A stretch of DNA of 64,000 bases, taken from the human T2T-CHM13v2.0 reference genome, Homo sapiens. A program made the translations under genes and the position numbers. The stretch lies in NCBI RefSeq assembly GCF_009914755.1, contig NC_060944.1; one strand, written 5' to 3'. Below are positions 39,467 through 52,999 of the stretch, one piece after another. How positions within the stretch are numbered: the stretch's first letter is position 1; each line of letters starts with the position of its first letter. The notes under the pieces were generated by a model, which worked only from the letters and a program-made list of their open reading frames with translations, did not search any database and was not told where the DNA came from.

Positions 39467-42199
39467 TTGGATTTCCAATTTTCTTTCCAGCCTCACTGGA
39501 AATTCACCTTTTTTCAAAAATCTCTTATTCAACTGGAACATTTTTAATCCTTCCTCCAATCTTAGTGAAATGAAAACTAAAGCTTCTATCTGTATTGAAC
39601 TTTGTGAAATATTTTTACTCACCTAATTTCTTGTGAAATAATTTCACTCTCCTAATTTTCTTTATACATCTGATGAGGAAGGCTGAGCAGGTAACATAAC
39701 TCCTTGCATTTTTGAAGAAATAAGTAGGAGGGAGGTTGAGGACAAGGTGCCAAGTCATACAATTTTCAGTTAAATTTTGTTCCTGTCGCACAATAAGCCT
39801 TATTTGAAACGCGGGCTCTGGGATGGACACTTAGTGGTGTGTGAGCTCCGTTGTTCCTGGGAGCGTCCTGGCTGCAGATAGCAGGAGTCCTGAGAAACAC
39901 TGGCTGCCTCTCCCATGATGACGGCAGTCATTTACCAAAGGTCGTGGGATGGTGTTCACAGAGTTGCTGCAGTGTCCTCAGCAGGGGCCCAGGTGGTTTC
40001 CTTCCATCTTCTCCATTGTTCCTTTGGCTCTTGTTCTTGAGCACATGGCTCATAAGTGAAAGGTGGACTCCATAGCCCAAGGCATCCTGTCCCAAACTAC
40101 ACCCTGAAAGGTGAGGAGTAGAAGCAGGAGGAGGTCACAGGGGGTGAGAGGAGGGTGGGGAGAGAGTGAGAGTGAGAGAGATACACACAGTGGGAGACAG
40201 GCTGTCCCCAGGGTCTCTCTGTTTATTCAGTATAGACTCTCTTAGCAGTGACCTGGTTGAAGTCTTAAATGTTTTTGTCTGGATCTGGGTCCTGTGCCTC
40301 CAGGGCTGAGGAAGGCTAAGAAATTCATGGGCTGATACTTTCAGTCTTTGCACTTGAGAGCAGGCAGGAGGAAGGGAATTGAGAATGGCTGGTCAGGTTT
40401 CCAGAACAAGGTTTCTTACCATAGATCCATAGAGATCCTGTAGAAACTCCATTGAATTCTGAAGGTTACAAATGTGCTTGTGCAGGAGAGTGCATACACA
40501 AACACACACACACACAAACACACACCATTTCTAAATTTTTCATCAGATTCCTAATGGGATCAGTGGCTGCACACCATTTCAATGTTTAAGTATCGGTGCT
40601 GGGATGTGAATGCAAAGCCGTGAGCTTGCACTGAAATTAAATGCAGACCAATATCTTGAGATTCCCACGTTCGTTCCTTTCAACTGGACTGAGCAGCAGC
40701 CTACGTCCTCCTCACATTCAATGGGTGTAGAACATAGGACACTTTCTCTTCCTCCAGGAGCTCACACTATAGCTGAGCAAGGGTATATCCGGAGACATTC
40801 AGTGCCTAGAGAAACAAGGAAAAATATACTGAATACTGCATGGCTGTCATAGTTCAGGGAGCATGTGGAAACACCTTACACTGAAAATCAACTTACCGTT
40901 AACTCATAGTTAATGTGCCTATGCAGGCACATCAACCATGCCAATAGGACTTTCAGCCATAGCATTTGTTAGTTTTAAAAATACAGACATAAGGAGGATG
41001 CAATGAAAAATAACCTATAATCTTATCAGCCAAACACCCATGGCTGACATCTAAAAATAATTGGAACACACACAGATTGTAATAATATTCAAATGGACCA
41101 CAAAGCCACAAAGATGCAAAATTTAAAAAATAAAATCCAAACCACCTATTTTCCTATTCATGCTACAAGCTCTCTTCAAAGATATCCACAGTTAATAATT
41201 TCTTATGCTTGTATTTCTTCCTGGAAAAATGCAGATGATAGCTTGCCTCTTTTTCCTCTGTCTCTTTCTCTCTCTCTCTGACGTGTATGTGCATATACAT
41301 ATATGTATATGTGGGTATACATGTCTATATATACACTCATACACATGTATGATTAGTTTTGTTTTCACAAAGAACTTTGTATTAACATGCCATATATACC
41401 TTTCTTCAATAAAAATCTATTCAAGGTGTATTAAAAATTATTGCCATTTTAACACATATATCCTTATCTAATTCTTCTTAATGCCCATTCCAACACATGT
41501 GCACCCTAATTTACTCTACCAGTCTACAGTGGTGACATAGTTTTAATCATGTTGAAGTTTGTGCTATTACCAGGATGCTGCCTGATCCACAGGTTTCACT
41601 GAGTGTTGGTGACACCATGAATGATGTGAATTCCTAACAGGAATTGGTGTAGGGGGCGGGCATGTGAACCGGCCCTGACCAATGAGACAGCAGGGGTGGT
41701 GAGCTGGGGAGTGGGTAGGAAGAGCCTCCCCATAATCAGGAAGGAGGTGTGGAACAGAGGCTCCTCCCAAGGCTCTTTCTGCCTCTGGATGTTGGTGTTG
41801 ATGATGTGATGTCTGGAGCTGTTGCAACCGCCTTGCTACCAGCTCAGGGCAGAAGCTTCAAGAACAGAAAGGCAAGGCTGAGAGAATCCCAGGGAAGCAG
41901 AGCTACATGCTGGGAGTTCTGTTCCTGAAGCCTGCCTCACCCAGGGGCTTCTTATCATGAAGGTAGAGCATTCCCTTTGCATTCAAGACATTTTTCATTG
42001 GGAACTTTGTTTACATGCAGCCAAAAGCCGTCTCAGCAGGTCCCAATGCCTCTACAGGTTTCTTCTACATGAGTTTCTCTTTCCCTCATCTCTTCTCCTG
42101 GTCTCCTTCTACTTTTGTGATTAGTGGATTTGCCTCCTTCCGCACATCCCCTTGGCCCATGCACTATGCAAGAATACCGGAGTCTGCCCATGTTATTGT

Positions 42200-44380
42200 C
42201 AGAGGGGGGTTTCCAGGAAGCTAATGGTATTTAAGTGCAGGGCTCCTCACAACCCCAGAAAAGGGTCTGAGCGGGGCCGAGCAACAGGTGTTCTTGGCTG
42301 GATGTTTTCTACAATTTTAAAAAGTCAAGTATTTAAACTGCAGTTATTCAAGAGCATTGCCTTTGTTTACTCTGACTTTCTCTTTCCCACTCTCCTCCTG
42401 CATGCTGTGTGGGTGGACACAGGCATTTTGGTATCTGGCTAAGAGGAAGCTGAGTTGGGACGCATTTAACCTGGGGTGAGGGGAACACACTCCTGTGGTT
42501 CTCAGCCACTCCTGGGCATAGTTACGTTGTCTCTAGAGACCCTGTTGTAAAAATGGCCCCAGGCCTGGCCCCACCATCCGCCTAGGATTTGACCCAAAGC
42601 AGCAGGGACAGAGACGGTTCCTAGTTCAGGACAATTCCCAGCACCACACATGGAAAGCCTGTGATCAGTGCAGAGGAAACAAGGTTTGCAATGTGTGGAG
42701 CCAGACGCCACTGTGTAGAAAATTATTCCCAGCAGAATTATGGGCAATTGTGAATGGATGATCTCTTTCTTTTTGACACCTAGTCAAAAATGGAAGTTTT
42801 CTCCTGTTGAAAATGTACTCACTAATCTGATATATATAATTAGTGCACCATGTAATTGTTTTTACTTTTGATGGGAACTTTGATAGAAATCTTGATTTTT
42901 GACATTTGTAGAGCACAGACCTTTGTTTTGAAACTGTCCACAGCAAGAACATATGCATGTGCGTGGCACAGACCCGACAGATGGGAAACTCCCTCCTTGC
43001 CCTTCTTATCCTGATGACCTCTGGCAGCTCCAGGCAACACAGATATAAAATAGCGACCAACAGGTGAGAGGGCTTGAAGAGATACTTGTTTCAGGACAAA
43101 CTCCTCCTGCACATTCAATGAGCTAATCAACATAGCACATAATGATACATTTACACAATTTTGGAGTTCACTACAACAGTGACAGTTTTAAAATGCTGTG
43201 ATAGTGACATTGTCAATAGTCTTTAAGATCCTAAGCCTTAAGTCAAGAACATTTAGAAAATACTAAAATCTTACTGCTCACCTATGAAAGGAAACTAAAA
43301 GAGGCTTTTCCAAATTAGATAATAATCAAAAATTTGCATGATATTACAATTACGAGTCTTAAATTAGAATGGAAACATTATATGCCATTAATTTTACAAG
43401 TGATCAAACCTGTTGGTGGAAAAAGTGGCTTATATTTCTGCTATATTTATAGAAAATTCTGTTACCAAATCAATGTCATATGATGAGGCAAGCAGGGATT
43501 CCTTAGCTAAGTAGGAAATATAGGAAGAAATTATTATGTGTTTGTGTCAAGTAGCTAATTAATTAAAAAAATTATATGAGGCAATACAAATCATGTGGAT
43601 TAAGGCAAGGCAAATCTGCCCTTTCATCTGCAGGGTGGATGGATGGACTGATGGGGTCAAAGCCAGTAGCATCATGAACAGGAAACAACTTTTCTCTCAA
43701 GCTGCAGGTTTGAAAAGTCAAGCAGACTCTTCCTTGGCTGATGACTGCTTTCTGACTCAATGGAAGACCTTGTTCTCTAGCGTCAGGGCTGTCAGAAACT
43801 TTGCTTATGAGTAAGAAGAACATCCCACTGCTTGGAGGATCTAGGTCCACCTTAAACCAGAAGCACAGAGCTACAGAGAAGGGGTTTCTAGAAAGAATCT
43901 CCACATCTGGCTGGACTTTATGGGTTCTGAGGACACAGGACCTAGGTCCACTTTGCAGACCAGACCATACCTGACCCTGGCTCCTTTACACGGAGGCCTG
44001 CCATGCTCTGAGTGCATCAATCCAGCCTCAAAATCCCTCCTTCCAATCCTATGATAACTTCTTTTCCTTTGTTTGTCGAGTCATCTGAGGATCCTTGATG
44101 TGACTGTATTCCCTTATTGCAACAAGCCAATATTGAATGTGTTGACTACAGTACTGATTTTGGTGGCTGGTTGCACTAGGATATGTGTTATTTTCTGGAT
44201 TTTGTAGATGTTTGTAGTATATCTCAGCATTTTAAAAAATGAGTATTTTGCTGTAATTTGTTTTCTCTTCGTAAATAAACATTAACTTTTGTGCTTTCTT
44301 TTGTATTGCTAGTATTGCTCTATTTTCCATGCAGGGAGCCCCTATATCACAGGAGCCTCAGGCCTCACAGCATCTTGATC
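42200..44380 (+). mobile_element. Zaphod-like hAT remnant (longer copy, 5' end retained) with LTR-like insert
   Basis: cagaggggggtttccaggaagctaatgg...cagggctcctcac resembles the recalled Zaphod 5' end. Confidence 0.55.
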
Positions 44381-46515
44381 CATCTGTGCTTGTTGTGCCG
44401 AGCGTCCACCTGCCCAGGGAAAGGCTGCACTGTCTCACACTTCCCAGGCCTCCGATGCACTCATTCCTCCTTGCAGAGTGATTTCTCTATGCTGGTTGAG
44501 ATGTTTCTAACCTCTGCAGTTTCAGTGTTTTACCACTGATTTGGTGTGTAATTTATGTTAAAAGAACTCTTAGAAGAGGTTAATATTTTGAACATGACCT
44601 GATCAGGGGAGTTCTTTGCACTCCTCTAAAGATCCAGTGGCTTCGGGACACAGCTCACTGCCCATCTCTTGGCCCAGAAGAAGCACCTCCACACTCTCGG
44701 TTTCCCTGCCTCCTGCTCCCCTCCAAGGGAGCAGACACACAGGGAGATGGTGGGGAAAGCCCTGTGCAGAGCCATGACTTCAACCCAAACTTCCCCAAGG
44801 AAGAAAGAATTGTGTCAGAAAAGGGAATGATTTACACGAAGTCAGCTGTTCACTGTGTGCCTAGGTGGTGGTTGCTTGCGTGAAAAAAGATCTCTTATCC
44901 ACGTGGAAAATTATGAGCACCTCGCTGCATGGAAGACTTTTCCACCAACCACCACCTGCTGCTCTGCCCTCTGCACCTGTCTCCCAGCAAAAGCATGAAT
45001 CACTAAGCACACCCTCCACCGAAAGGTTGAGGCCCAGACTTACATCTCCCCAGCTCATGGCCTCCTGGGCTCTGCTTCATTCCTACATCCCAAAGATTCT
45101 GTTAAATCCCATCGCGGTGGAGAGCAAATGGAAGCAGATGCTTCCTACTGTCCCTGTCAGACCATTCTCCTCCTGGCTTTCTAGGGTAGCATATGGGGTG
45201 CTGGCCTCAGGGCTGTTTGGGCAGATTTCCCTTTGGCATTTTACCCTCACTGTTCATGGCAGCAGCCCTCCCTCACTGCAGCTGTAGGCATGGAAGATAT
45301 TTGAGAGCCCTGCCCCAGAGGCACTGGCCGTGAGGGCTGCACTCCTCTGTCTTGAAATGGCAAAAGGAAGGGCTGTGCAGGACGGGCTACATCTTAGTGG
45401 ATTTTTGTGACACAAATATCCACTATTCTACAGGATGATGCTGACAAGAAAAGGATGTGTTCTATTTATTAAATAGAACCTCCTTGGAAAAAGAAGAGAG
45501 TCCATTGCATGGCAGTCCTGCTTGTGTTCTAACTTTTCCATCCCTAACATTAAGCTTGACATGAGGACTGGTTTTCAATTCAAGTCCAGATAATGGACCT
45601 GTGGGCGCGAATTATTAAAACCTTCATAGGGCACCGCCTCCCAGCGTGGGCTGCACCCTCCCAGAACGGATGACAGCAGGCGCTGCTTTCTCTGTGATCT
45701 TGCCCATCCTTGGTCTGGTTGGCATTTCTTCCAATCAGTTACACGCACACAAACACACACTTTTGGACTTTGTTTCCATGTAGGGGCCTAAAATCTCCTA
45801 TGGAAAGAAGCACACATCGATTGCTATATGTTTAGTGTCTAGGGGATTTGATGAGAGCAGCTCAGTCCCTGGAGTCTGCTCAACTCTGCAAGCACAGATG
45901 GAATCTACGGCCTGGCGAGCTCCACTGAGGCCTGGCCCCTGGCTGTGGATATAGCCAGCCCCCTCCTCCTGGTCTGACCAAGAGCTCAGACCAAAACAGC
46001 AGCCCAGCTTCGCGGGCAGCAGCCTGGGCCCACTCCTCTCCCTGACCCCCTCACCAGGGGCTGCTGCAGCTGAAGGCCTGGGTCCCGAGCCCCTGGCTGC
46101 TCTCTCCCTGCTCTGAGGCTCAGGTCTCCTATAGCAGCAGCTCCCCTGACAGCCTTGCTGTGGCCATGTCAGCTCCCAGATACTCCTCTGATCTCCACAC
46201 CAGCAGGACAAGGAGGTTTCATAAAGGAACTGCGGAAACCTTTCTGTGTGCACATCCCTAGACAGCCAAGAACTCAGAGGGAGGCGATGCTACTGTTTAA
46301 TTGCAGGAAGTGGGGGGCTGTGAGAAGCAAGAAAAAAGGAGCAAGGACAGAGCCCCCTGCTGAGCAACAAAGTCCTCCTGCTGCCTTCTCTTTTGGCTCC
46401 TGGTGCAGGCACATGGGGAGACCTCCCCCAGGGTTGGGGCCACCAGTCCACGGGTGGGAGCACTACAGGGGGTGGGAGTAGGAGGTGGTCAGTGCGGCTG
46501 GCCTTGCACAGACCC

Positions 46516-46599
46516 CTAGGCTTTCCCACACCTGGATTTCACCAGGGACATTCTGTCCTTCAAGGGAACTTCGTAGATCTGGAAAGAGCAGAACTGTTT
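46516..46599 (-). pseudogene. CSTP1: Pseudogene exon 3 (KQFCSFQIYEVPLKDRMSLVKSRCGKA*)
   Basis: 84 nt, open, acceptor ctttcacAG, PW>PL. Confidence 0.93.
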
Positions 46600-47718
46600 C
46601 TGTGAAAGGAAAGAGAGGGGGACAATCAGTGTGGGTTGCAGTTAAATCAGAAGACACCCAGGTATATCATTTCAGAGTGGGGCAAGGACAGATCCAGGTG
46701 AGACACTGGGTTCTCACCCTCCCCCGCTGAGTCCCAGAGCACTGAGCCCGACTGCACAGTGACTGTTCCATCACCCCTCTCAAGGCTCCAAGTCACCAGG
46801 TGGCATTGGGCCCCCACCCCAGCCTGCAGGATTCCTGCCCCAGCACAACCCGAGCTTGTGCATGGCCTCGGGAGCCCCAAGGGTGCAGGGCAGGGGGAGG
46901 TGGCTCACTGCCCCCAGCTCCTTCCACCTCCAGCACTCAGGCCAGCACTAAGAGGGACCAGAGGGAAGAACCCAGGGAACTGGAAACTGTAACTCAAAAG
47001 GGTAGTGAGGAGATGACAAGGAGAGTGTGGCTCTCCCCTGAACAGAGACCTCACAAGAAATCCTGGGTTCTTAGAGAAGCTGGTGTTGGGTGAGCTGGGG
47101 CAGGTCCAGGGCTTCACTGCTAACAGGCATTTAATTCCCTCTAATCTGCTCAGAGAGGCTGTGGCTGTGGGCAGGTGCATGAGGCTGGGATTAGACAGAG
47201 CCTCTTCTCTCTGACCAGAACCCAGCCCTCCTCCAGTCCAGCAGGCAATACCCCAAAGCACACAGGGTGGAGCTCCCAGTACCCCCATTCCCAAGCTAAA
47301 GCCCTCTTAGCAAATCAAATTAATCACCCGTCTCCACACCACCTCATCTGCACACACATAGGCGTCTCCATAAGCTCACCCCAACCCTCACCCACACAGA
47401 TCTATGCATGAACCCACATGCATACTCCCTCAAACATCCATCTACCCACATACACACACACTCTCATGTACCTCCCACATGTGGGCACACACATGCTCCA
47501 TTCCACATACACCCATATATGCATACCACCCCCACATACATGTATGTACACATATAACTCCACATTCACACACACATGCATGCCCCTCACAACAGGCACC
47601 TGCACGTGTGTGCACAAACCCACATGCATCTCCACAGGCACATGCGCACACCCATGCATGCATGGCTTTCATGCATCTGCACTCATGCTCCATTCCCTTC
47701 AAAACATGTGCAGGAGCA

Positions 47719-47750
<32 letters not shown>

Positions 47751-47802
47751 ACTCACACCCCTCTGCACTGCCTGACATCCCTGACCCACATCAGTCACAT
47801 AC

Positions 47803-47915
47803 CTCCTTCAACTGTGGCTGGTCACTGAAGAGACAGTTGTCCAAGTCTGGCTGAGACTTAGTGCATGTGGTTAGGTCTATCTTCATATCAAAGAAGTAGC
47901 TCACCCAGCCCACAT
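47803..47915 (-). pseudogene. CSTP1: Pseudogene exon 2 ([38 protein letters not shown])
   Basis: 113 nt vs 114 in CST5; first codon ATC>AT-. Confidence 0.93.
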
Positions 47916-49686
47916 CTACAAGCACGAAAGAGCAGGGTGCATGGGAAGCACACTGTCAGTTCCGTGCACACACAGGCATTTCACTGTGATTGAGTCACTG
48001 GGTTTGCCTGGGGCTTCATGCCTGCCTTTCTGAACCGCCCACACTGTCACCCACAAGGCATACACACTGGCTGGCAGTGGCCCCGGGCGCCAGGCCTCCC
48101 TGATAACTTGTTTTCTCTAAGTAACTGAAACAAGGTGTCTCATGCAGCCCAGTAGGAGGAGAAGCAAGGGCAGGGCAGATGGAAGCCAAGGCCTAAAACC
48201 CCCTTCATTGGATTCAGGAATAGAAGGCACAGCTCTGGGGAGCCAGCCAGGGTGGGGCAAAGAAACAGTCCTGGCACCAGGTTTGCAGGGCGGGTTTAAG
48301 CAGCAAGTGAATGCTCTTTCCCACAGCAAAGGATTAACTGATTTCTGCTACTTGTGGCTCAGAGGCCAGGGACACTTGACCTGTCCTAGGAAGGCTGTCA
48401 CCTGATGATGAAATTTCTGCTAACTTCCAGCTCCTGGCATCCAGCCCATAGAGCATCTCATTCCCTCTATTAACCTAGATTTATTTATGCTTCATATACA
48501 GCAGGAAATGAGAGGCTTCACATGCACAGATGTTTTAGGCCAATAACATATTGTCTCTGTAGGATCTCCATTCTAAGTGTGTTGTTGGAAGCAATATTTC
48601 TAAAGTGAGCAGCACACCTGCATGTCTTATATTTGTGATTGCAGAGTGGAATTGAGCCCTTTTCCCTGCACAAGGCCTCCTCCAGACATGAATGGTGAGA
48701 ACTGTGAAGCAGTGTGAGACAAGGAGCCCCGGGGACCACGTGCAAGTCCTGAGATCTCTCTGGTGTCAGTTTGCTCACTGTAAAACATGCTTCAGGGCCC
48801 AGTGATCCTTATCATCCCATGTGAGTGTCACACTTGAGAGAGGGGTACAGGCCAGCAGGGATCCTGGCAGCAGGGAGTGCCCCTCCTGTGCAGGGAGAGG
48901 GCCCCAGCTGACAGCTGCAGGAGGAGAAACGGGGCTGGTCTGGACTCCTCTGAATTTCCAAGGGAAGGTGGAGGAGAGCCAAAGGCTGTGTCACTGTTTG
49001 TTGCTGTGCCATGGGATGCAGGTCAAAATGGAACCAGTAGCCCTGCTGAAGCTCCCTCCCGACCTGACCCCCTCCTCCACTATGCTGGGTGACTGCTGTC
49101 CTCATCTGGTTGAGGTCTGATGCTATGTCAGCTGGCAAAAGCAGGGTCAGGCGTGCTCCACCCCAGAAGGAACTCAGCTGCCCTGGGCTGTCGGGGGTGG
49201 TCAGCCAGCCTGAGGGTGAAGGCCACTCTCCCTAGGGGGTTGTGCCCAGGGGTGTGACTTTGGGAGGGAAGCAGGGCTCTGCAGGACAAGGAGCTAGGCT
49301 CCGGTGTGGCCCCTGCAGAGAGGACTCAGGGAGGAGGATGAGCCTTATGGCCTGGATCTCATCCTGAGCAGCACCAAGCCCACCCAGAGCCAGCATAGTC
49401 TCCATCCACACCTGCTGGACCCTGGGAAATGCCACGGTCATGGCACAGACCCAGGAGCTGATGCAGGTTAAAGGAGGCCAAGTGGACAGGACAGGGCTGA
49501 GCTCATGCACTCATGGCCCGGGAGCGTCCTAGGGCATGAAGGCTGTCAACAGACAGTCAGAGAAAGCTGAATGAGTCTGAGCATTAGATCATGAATGTGT
49601 CAGTGCTGATTTGCTGGGAATGCTCTTGGGGTTAGGGGGCAAATCTGGCTGGGACTCAGGACCCCTTGGGTGGTGGCATCACCCAC

Positions 49687-49914
49687 CTGCTGTTGGGCTG
49701 GCAGCACCTGCAGGGTGACTGTAGTGTTCATCATTCTCTCCTTGTTGTACTCACTGATGGCGAAGTCCAGGGCATGCTGCCATCTATCATCATTAAGGTC
49801 TGCATCACAGATGTCACTTTGAATGATCTTTCTAGCCAGAGCTGGGGGACTCTAGGCTAGGGCCACAAACAGGGCAGCCAGCAAGGGCAGTGGAGTGTGC
49901 AGGGGCCAGGTTGT
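49687..49914 (-). pseudogene. CSTP1: Pseudogene exon 1 (TTWPLHTPLPLLAALFVALA*SPP...[11 protein letters not shown]...LQVLPAQQQ)
   Basis: Start codon lost, in-frame TAG, donor GTGGGT at 49686. Confidence 0.93.
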
Positions 49915-50659
49915 GGTCTGCTGGGACAAGGACAAAGAGTGAGAAGGGGGAAGTGCAGGAGAGTGAAGGGGCATGATCCTGAGGCGGGGAGCCCAGACCA
50001 GCAGGCAGCTGTGCATTAGGATAAATGGATAAAAGCAAGACAGCCTGGGGGCCCCCAGCCCCACGTCCTTCCATGCCCTGCCCCTAGATTCTCCCTCTCT
50101 TTCTGCCCCTCCTCTTTTTCCTTTGTCTCCCATTCCATCTCCCCTCACCTCTCTCCCTGCCTAAGTCCCCCTGTTCTTCCAGGCCCTTCTCCTCCATCTC
50201 CCCCTTCTCCTAACTCCTCTCTCCAATCCCCAGCTCACTTCAGTCTTGCCCTTCCTTCCCAGTGCTCCCAAGATTGGGTCACCCTGGTCTCCAGAAAGGT
50301 GACACTGCTGTCTGTGTTGTGAAACAAGGTGACCTTCTACTTCCTTAGAAAAGGGAAAAATAAAAGGCTTGGCATCCTGGGGTCTTCAGATGTCAGGGAA
50401 ATCTGAGAGCACTTGGTGAAAGTTGGGAATCCCTGGCGCAGGGAGACTATTTTAAACACTCCTGGAAGACCTTGTCCATTCCCTGTTCTGGGGAACTTCT
50501 TTGCCAAACATAAAGGAATTAACCTTTTGGGAAAAAGTCAGTGGGTTCTCTTTTCATAACTCATTATTTAATAAACAAACCTGTCACCAACTTCTCCCAG
50601 CACCATGTGGTCTAGAGCTTGGGATGGAGCCTGGGTGACTGAGCTATGGACGTGACATT

Positions 50660-50967
50660 GCAGAGCCGCTGCCCAACAGATTGTGACATGAACCCATGAG
50701 CAATTTTCTGTTTTCTAGGAAACACATTGAAAAAAGAAAAGAGAAACTGGTGAAAATAATTTAAAGAATATCTCTTTTTTAACCTTATATATCGAAAATA
50801 TTATTTCAACACATAGGAACAACAATTATTAATAAGAGAGTTTACATTCTTTTGGGTATGTGTAAGTCTCTGAAATTTTTACACTTAGACCAAGTGTCAT
50901 CTTGGACTGGCCCCATTTCCAACATCCCATGGTCACCTGTGGCTGGTGGCTGTGGAACTGCACAGCC
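50660..50967 (+). mobile_element. MER33-like element (paralogue of 8097-8402)
   Basis: tttaaccttatatatcgaaaatattatttcaac...ggactggccccatttcc. Confidence 0.7.
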
Positions 50968-52999
50968 GAAGTTAGGGTGTGTGTGGAGATGGGGAGCAGT
51001 GATCAGATGAGGGGAGTAGATCTGTTCTGCAGGAAGTGAAATAGAATGGAGGGTGGAGAGAGATGGGTGCCACCGGACCCTGGTCAGGGAGGTCTCTATG
51101 AGACTGGAAAGGTGAGAAGCCCTGTTTAGACAGGAAACAGCTCCAGGCAGCAGGAACAGCCAGTGCAAAGGCCCTGAGGTGGGGCTGAGTGTGCCTGTTC
51201 CAGGAAGAGGAAGCCCCTGGAGGGAACGTGAGCAGGGAAGGGAAGGACCTGGAGTCTCACAGTAACTGGGGGTGGGGCCAAGTGGAAGGTGCAGGGAGAC
51301 CCCCTGGCAGGTGGTAAGAGTTGGCAGTACAGGGATCAGCAGCCGCGGGATGAATGTGGGAGCCACACTTCGGGCTCCTTTCCTCTCTTCACTGCTTGGA
51401 AAACTCATCTGACTTTATGACATTACAGTGAATGAGGTCGGATTTACATACAATAAAATGCCCAATTGCAAGTGCCCAACTTGGGGGATTTCATAAATGC
51501 ATATACCTGTGTTACCACTTTGTCCAGACCTGTGACATCTGCCTTGCCCCAGATGGTATCCTCTTGCCTCTCAAGCCCACTCTCGTGCCCACCCCACCCT
51601 GGCAGCCCCTATCCAGCCCTGTAGACTCCTTTGTCACCTGTCCTTGAGCTTCCCAGGAATGGAGTCCTGCAGAGCGAGCCCATGTGTGTCTTTGTCCTTT
51701 GCTCAGCGTGGCTTTCCAGCGAGCCCTGAGTTGCTTCATTGCCAGGATTGTGAGTTCTCCTTCTCCCCAGATGAGGAGATGGGTCAGCTGGGTGCTCTGT
51801 GGGGTGACAAAGTCCCCAGCTCGGATGGCTGCGGGCCTGGGCTGGAATGTGACTCCAGGAGTGGGGAGGGTGGAAGGAGGCTCTGAACAGACAGCTGCTC
51901 CCTTTGTTCTCTCAACCCCACCCTCCATGCCTAAAGGTGACCCTGTGGCAAATCCCTTATGGTGAAGTGGCAGCCTTGGCCAGAAACGCCAGGAAATTCT
52001 GGGCCTTTGCCAGGGACCCAGAGGACTCTCCTGGGAGTGGTGGAGGTGAGGGTTGGCCAGTGTCAGCCCAGACCTGCTGTAATCCTGGGTCTCAGCCATG
52101 GCTGGGGCTGGATCAGCAGGAACCCGGCAGTGGGAACAATATTACTTACGGATGCTCATATTCATTGTTAAGATTGGGAAACTTGTTACCCAAGGCCAAG
52201 TGACCCTCTCACCCACTGTGAATCCAGCACCCCTAGAAAAGCTGTGCACCCCAGCAGATACAGTAGGAGGCCCAGGGATGGTGTTTACTGCTGGGTGAGG
52301 GAAGGAAGGCCCTCAAACAGGGCAGCGCATGATGCCTCCTAGTTAGACAAGAAAGACTGGGAGCTCCACAGATAAGAGAAAGAGGGGTCAGCCCCTGACC
52401 AGGTACTTCCAAGCACAATGGTCATCTCCCAAGTGTGGGGGTTGGTTCTTCTCTGTGGCCCCCAGCTTCTTGAAGCCACTGGGGCTCCAATCTCAGGAAG
52501 ATGTGTTGTACAGAGGGTAAGATTAAATAGTCACAAATCTCCTAACTTCTATCACTAGGAAGAAGGTGCAGGTCACCCAGATAGGGGGAGGGTAGTGGTG
52601 AGTGGAATGTGGGGGAAGAGGGGCTGGAGTGCTGACCTGCACCCCTGAATGTGATGACATTACCTATGGTCATCCTCTGTCAGGACACTAGCATGTGCTG
52701 CAGGGAGGGCCAGCTGTCCTGATCAATGACTGCTGTAATCCTAACAGGACAGACAGCATTGGTGGGCACTCTCAGGAGCTACGGGAGCCAAGTCCAGTGC
52801 GGGTGATGGGAAGTGGAAGGTTAGGGTAGCTGGACAGCTGCTCCAGATATTTGGTGACCTTAGGCAAATGTTTTGCCTTCTCTGCATCATGCATCTGGAG
52901 AGGTGGGCGGCTTTGTAAACAGTAGTGTCTGACAGTTCAGAAGCAGCAAGATAAGCGGGCTTCAGGAGTGACATTTAAGCATGATTGAAAATGACTCAG

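Larger units (their letters stand above)
46516..49914 (-). pseudogene. CSTP1: Unprocessed cystatin pseudogene (probably CSTP1): exons 49914-49687, 47915-47803, 46599-46516
   Basis: Three-exon cystatin layout with intact GT/AG sites. Lesions: ATG>ACA, TAG at codon 21 (49854-49852), indels in exon 1, 1-nt deletion at the start of exon 2. The symbol is inferred from position next to CST5. Confidence 0.93.

Noticed and set aside
39424-39482. Orphan (A)22 with small flanking palindromes as a truncated retro-insertion
   Set aside because: No TSD or element body visible; the short palindromes are within chance expectation.
46516-49914. A functional second cystatin gene
   Set aside because: Start codon lost, TAG at codon 21, exon 2 frameshift, core promoter disrupted.
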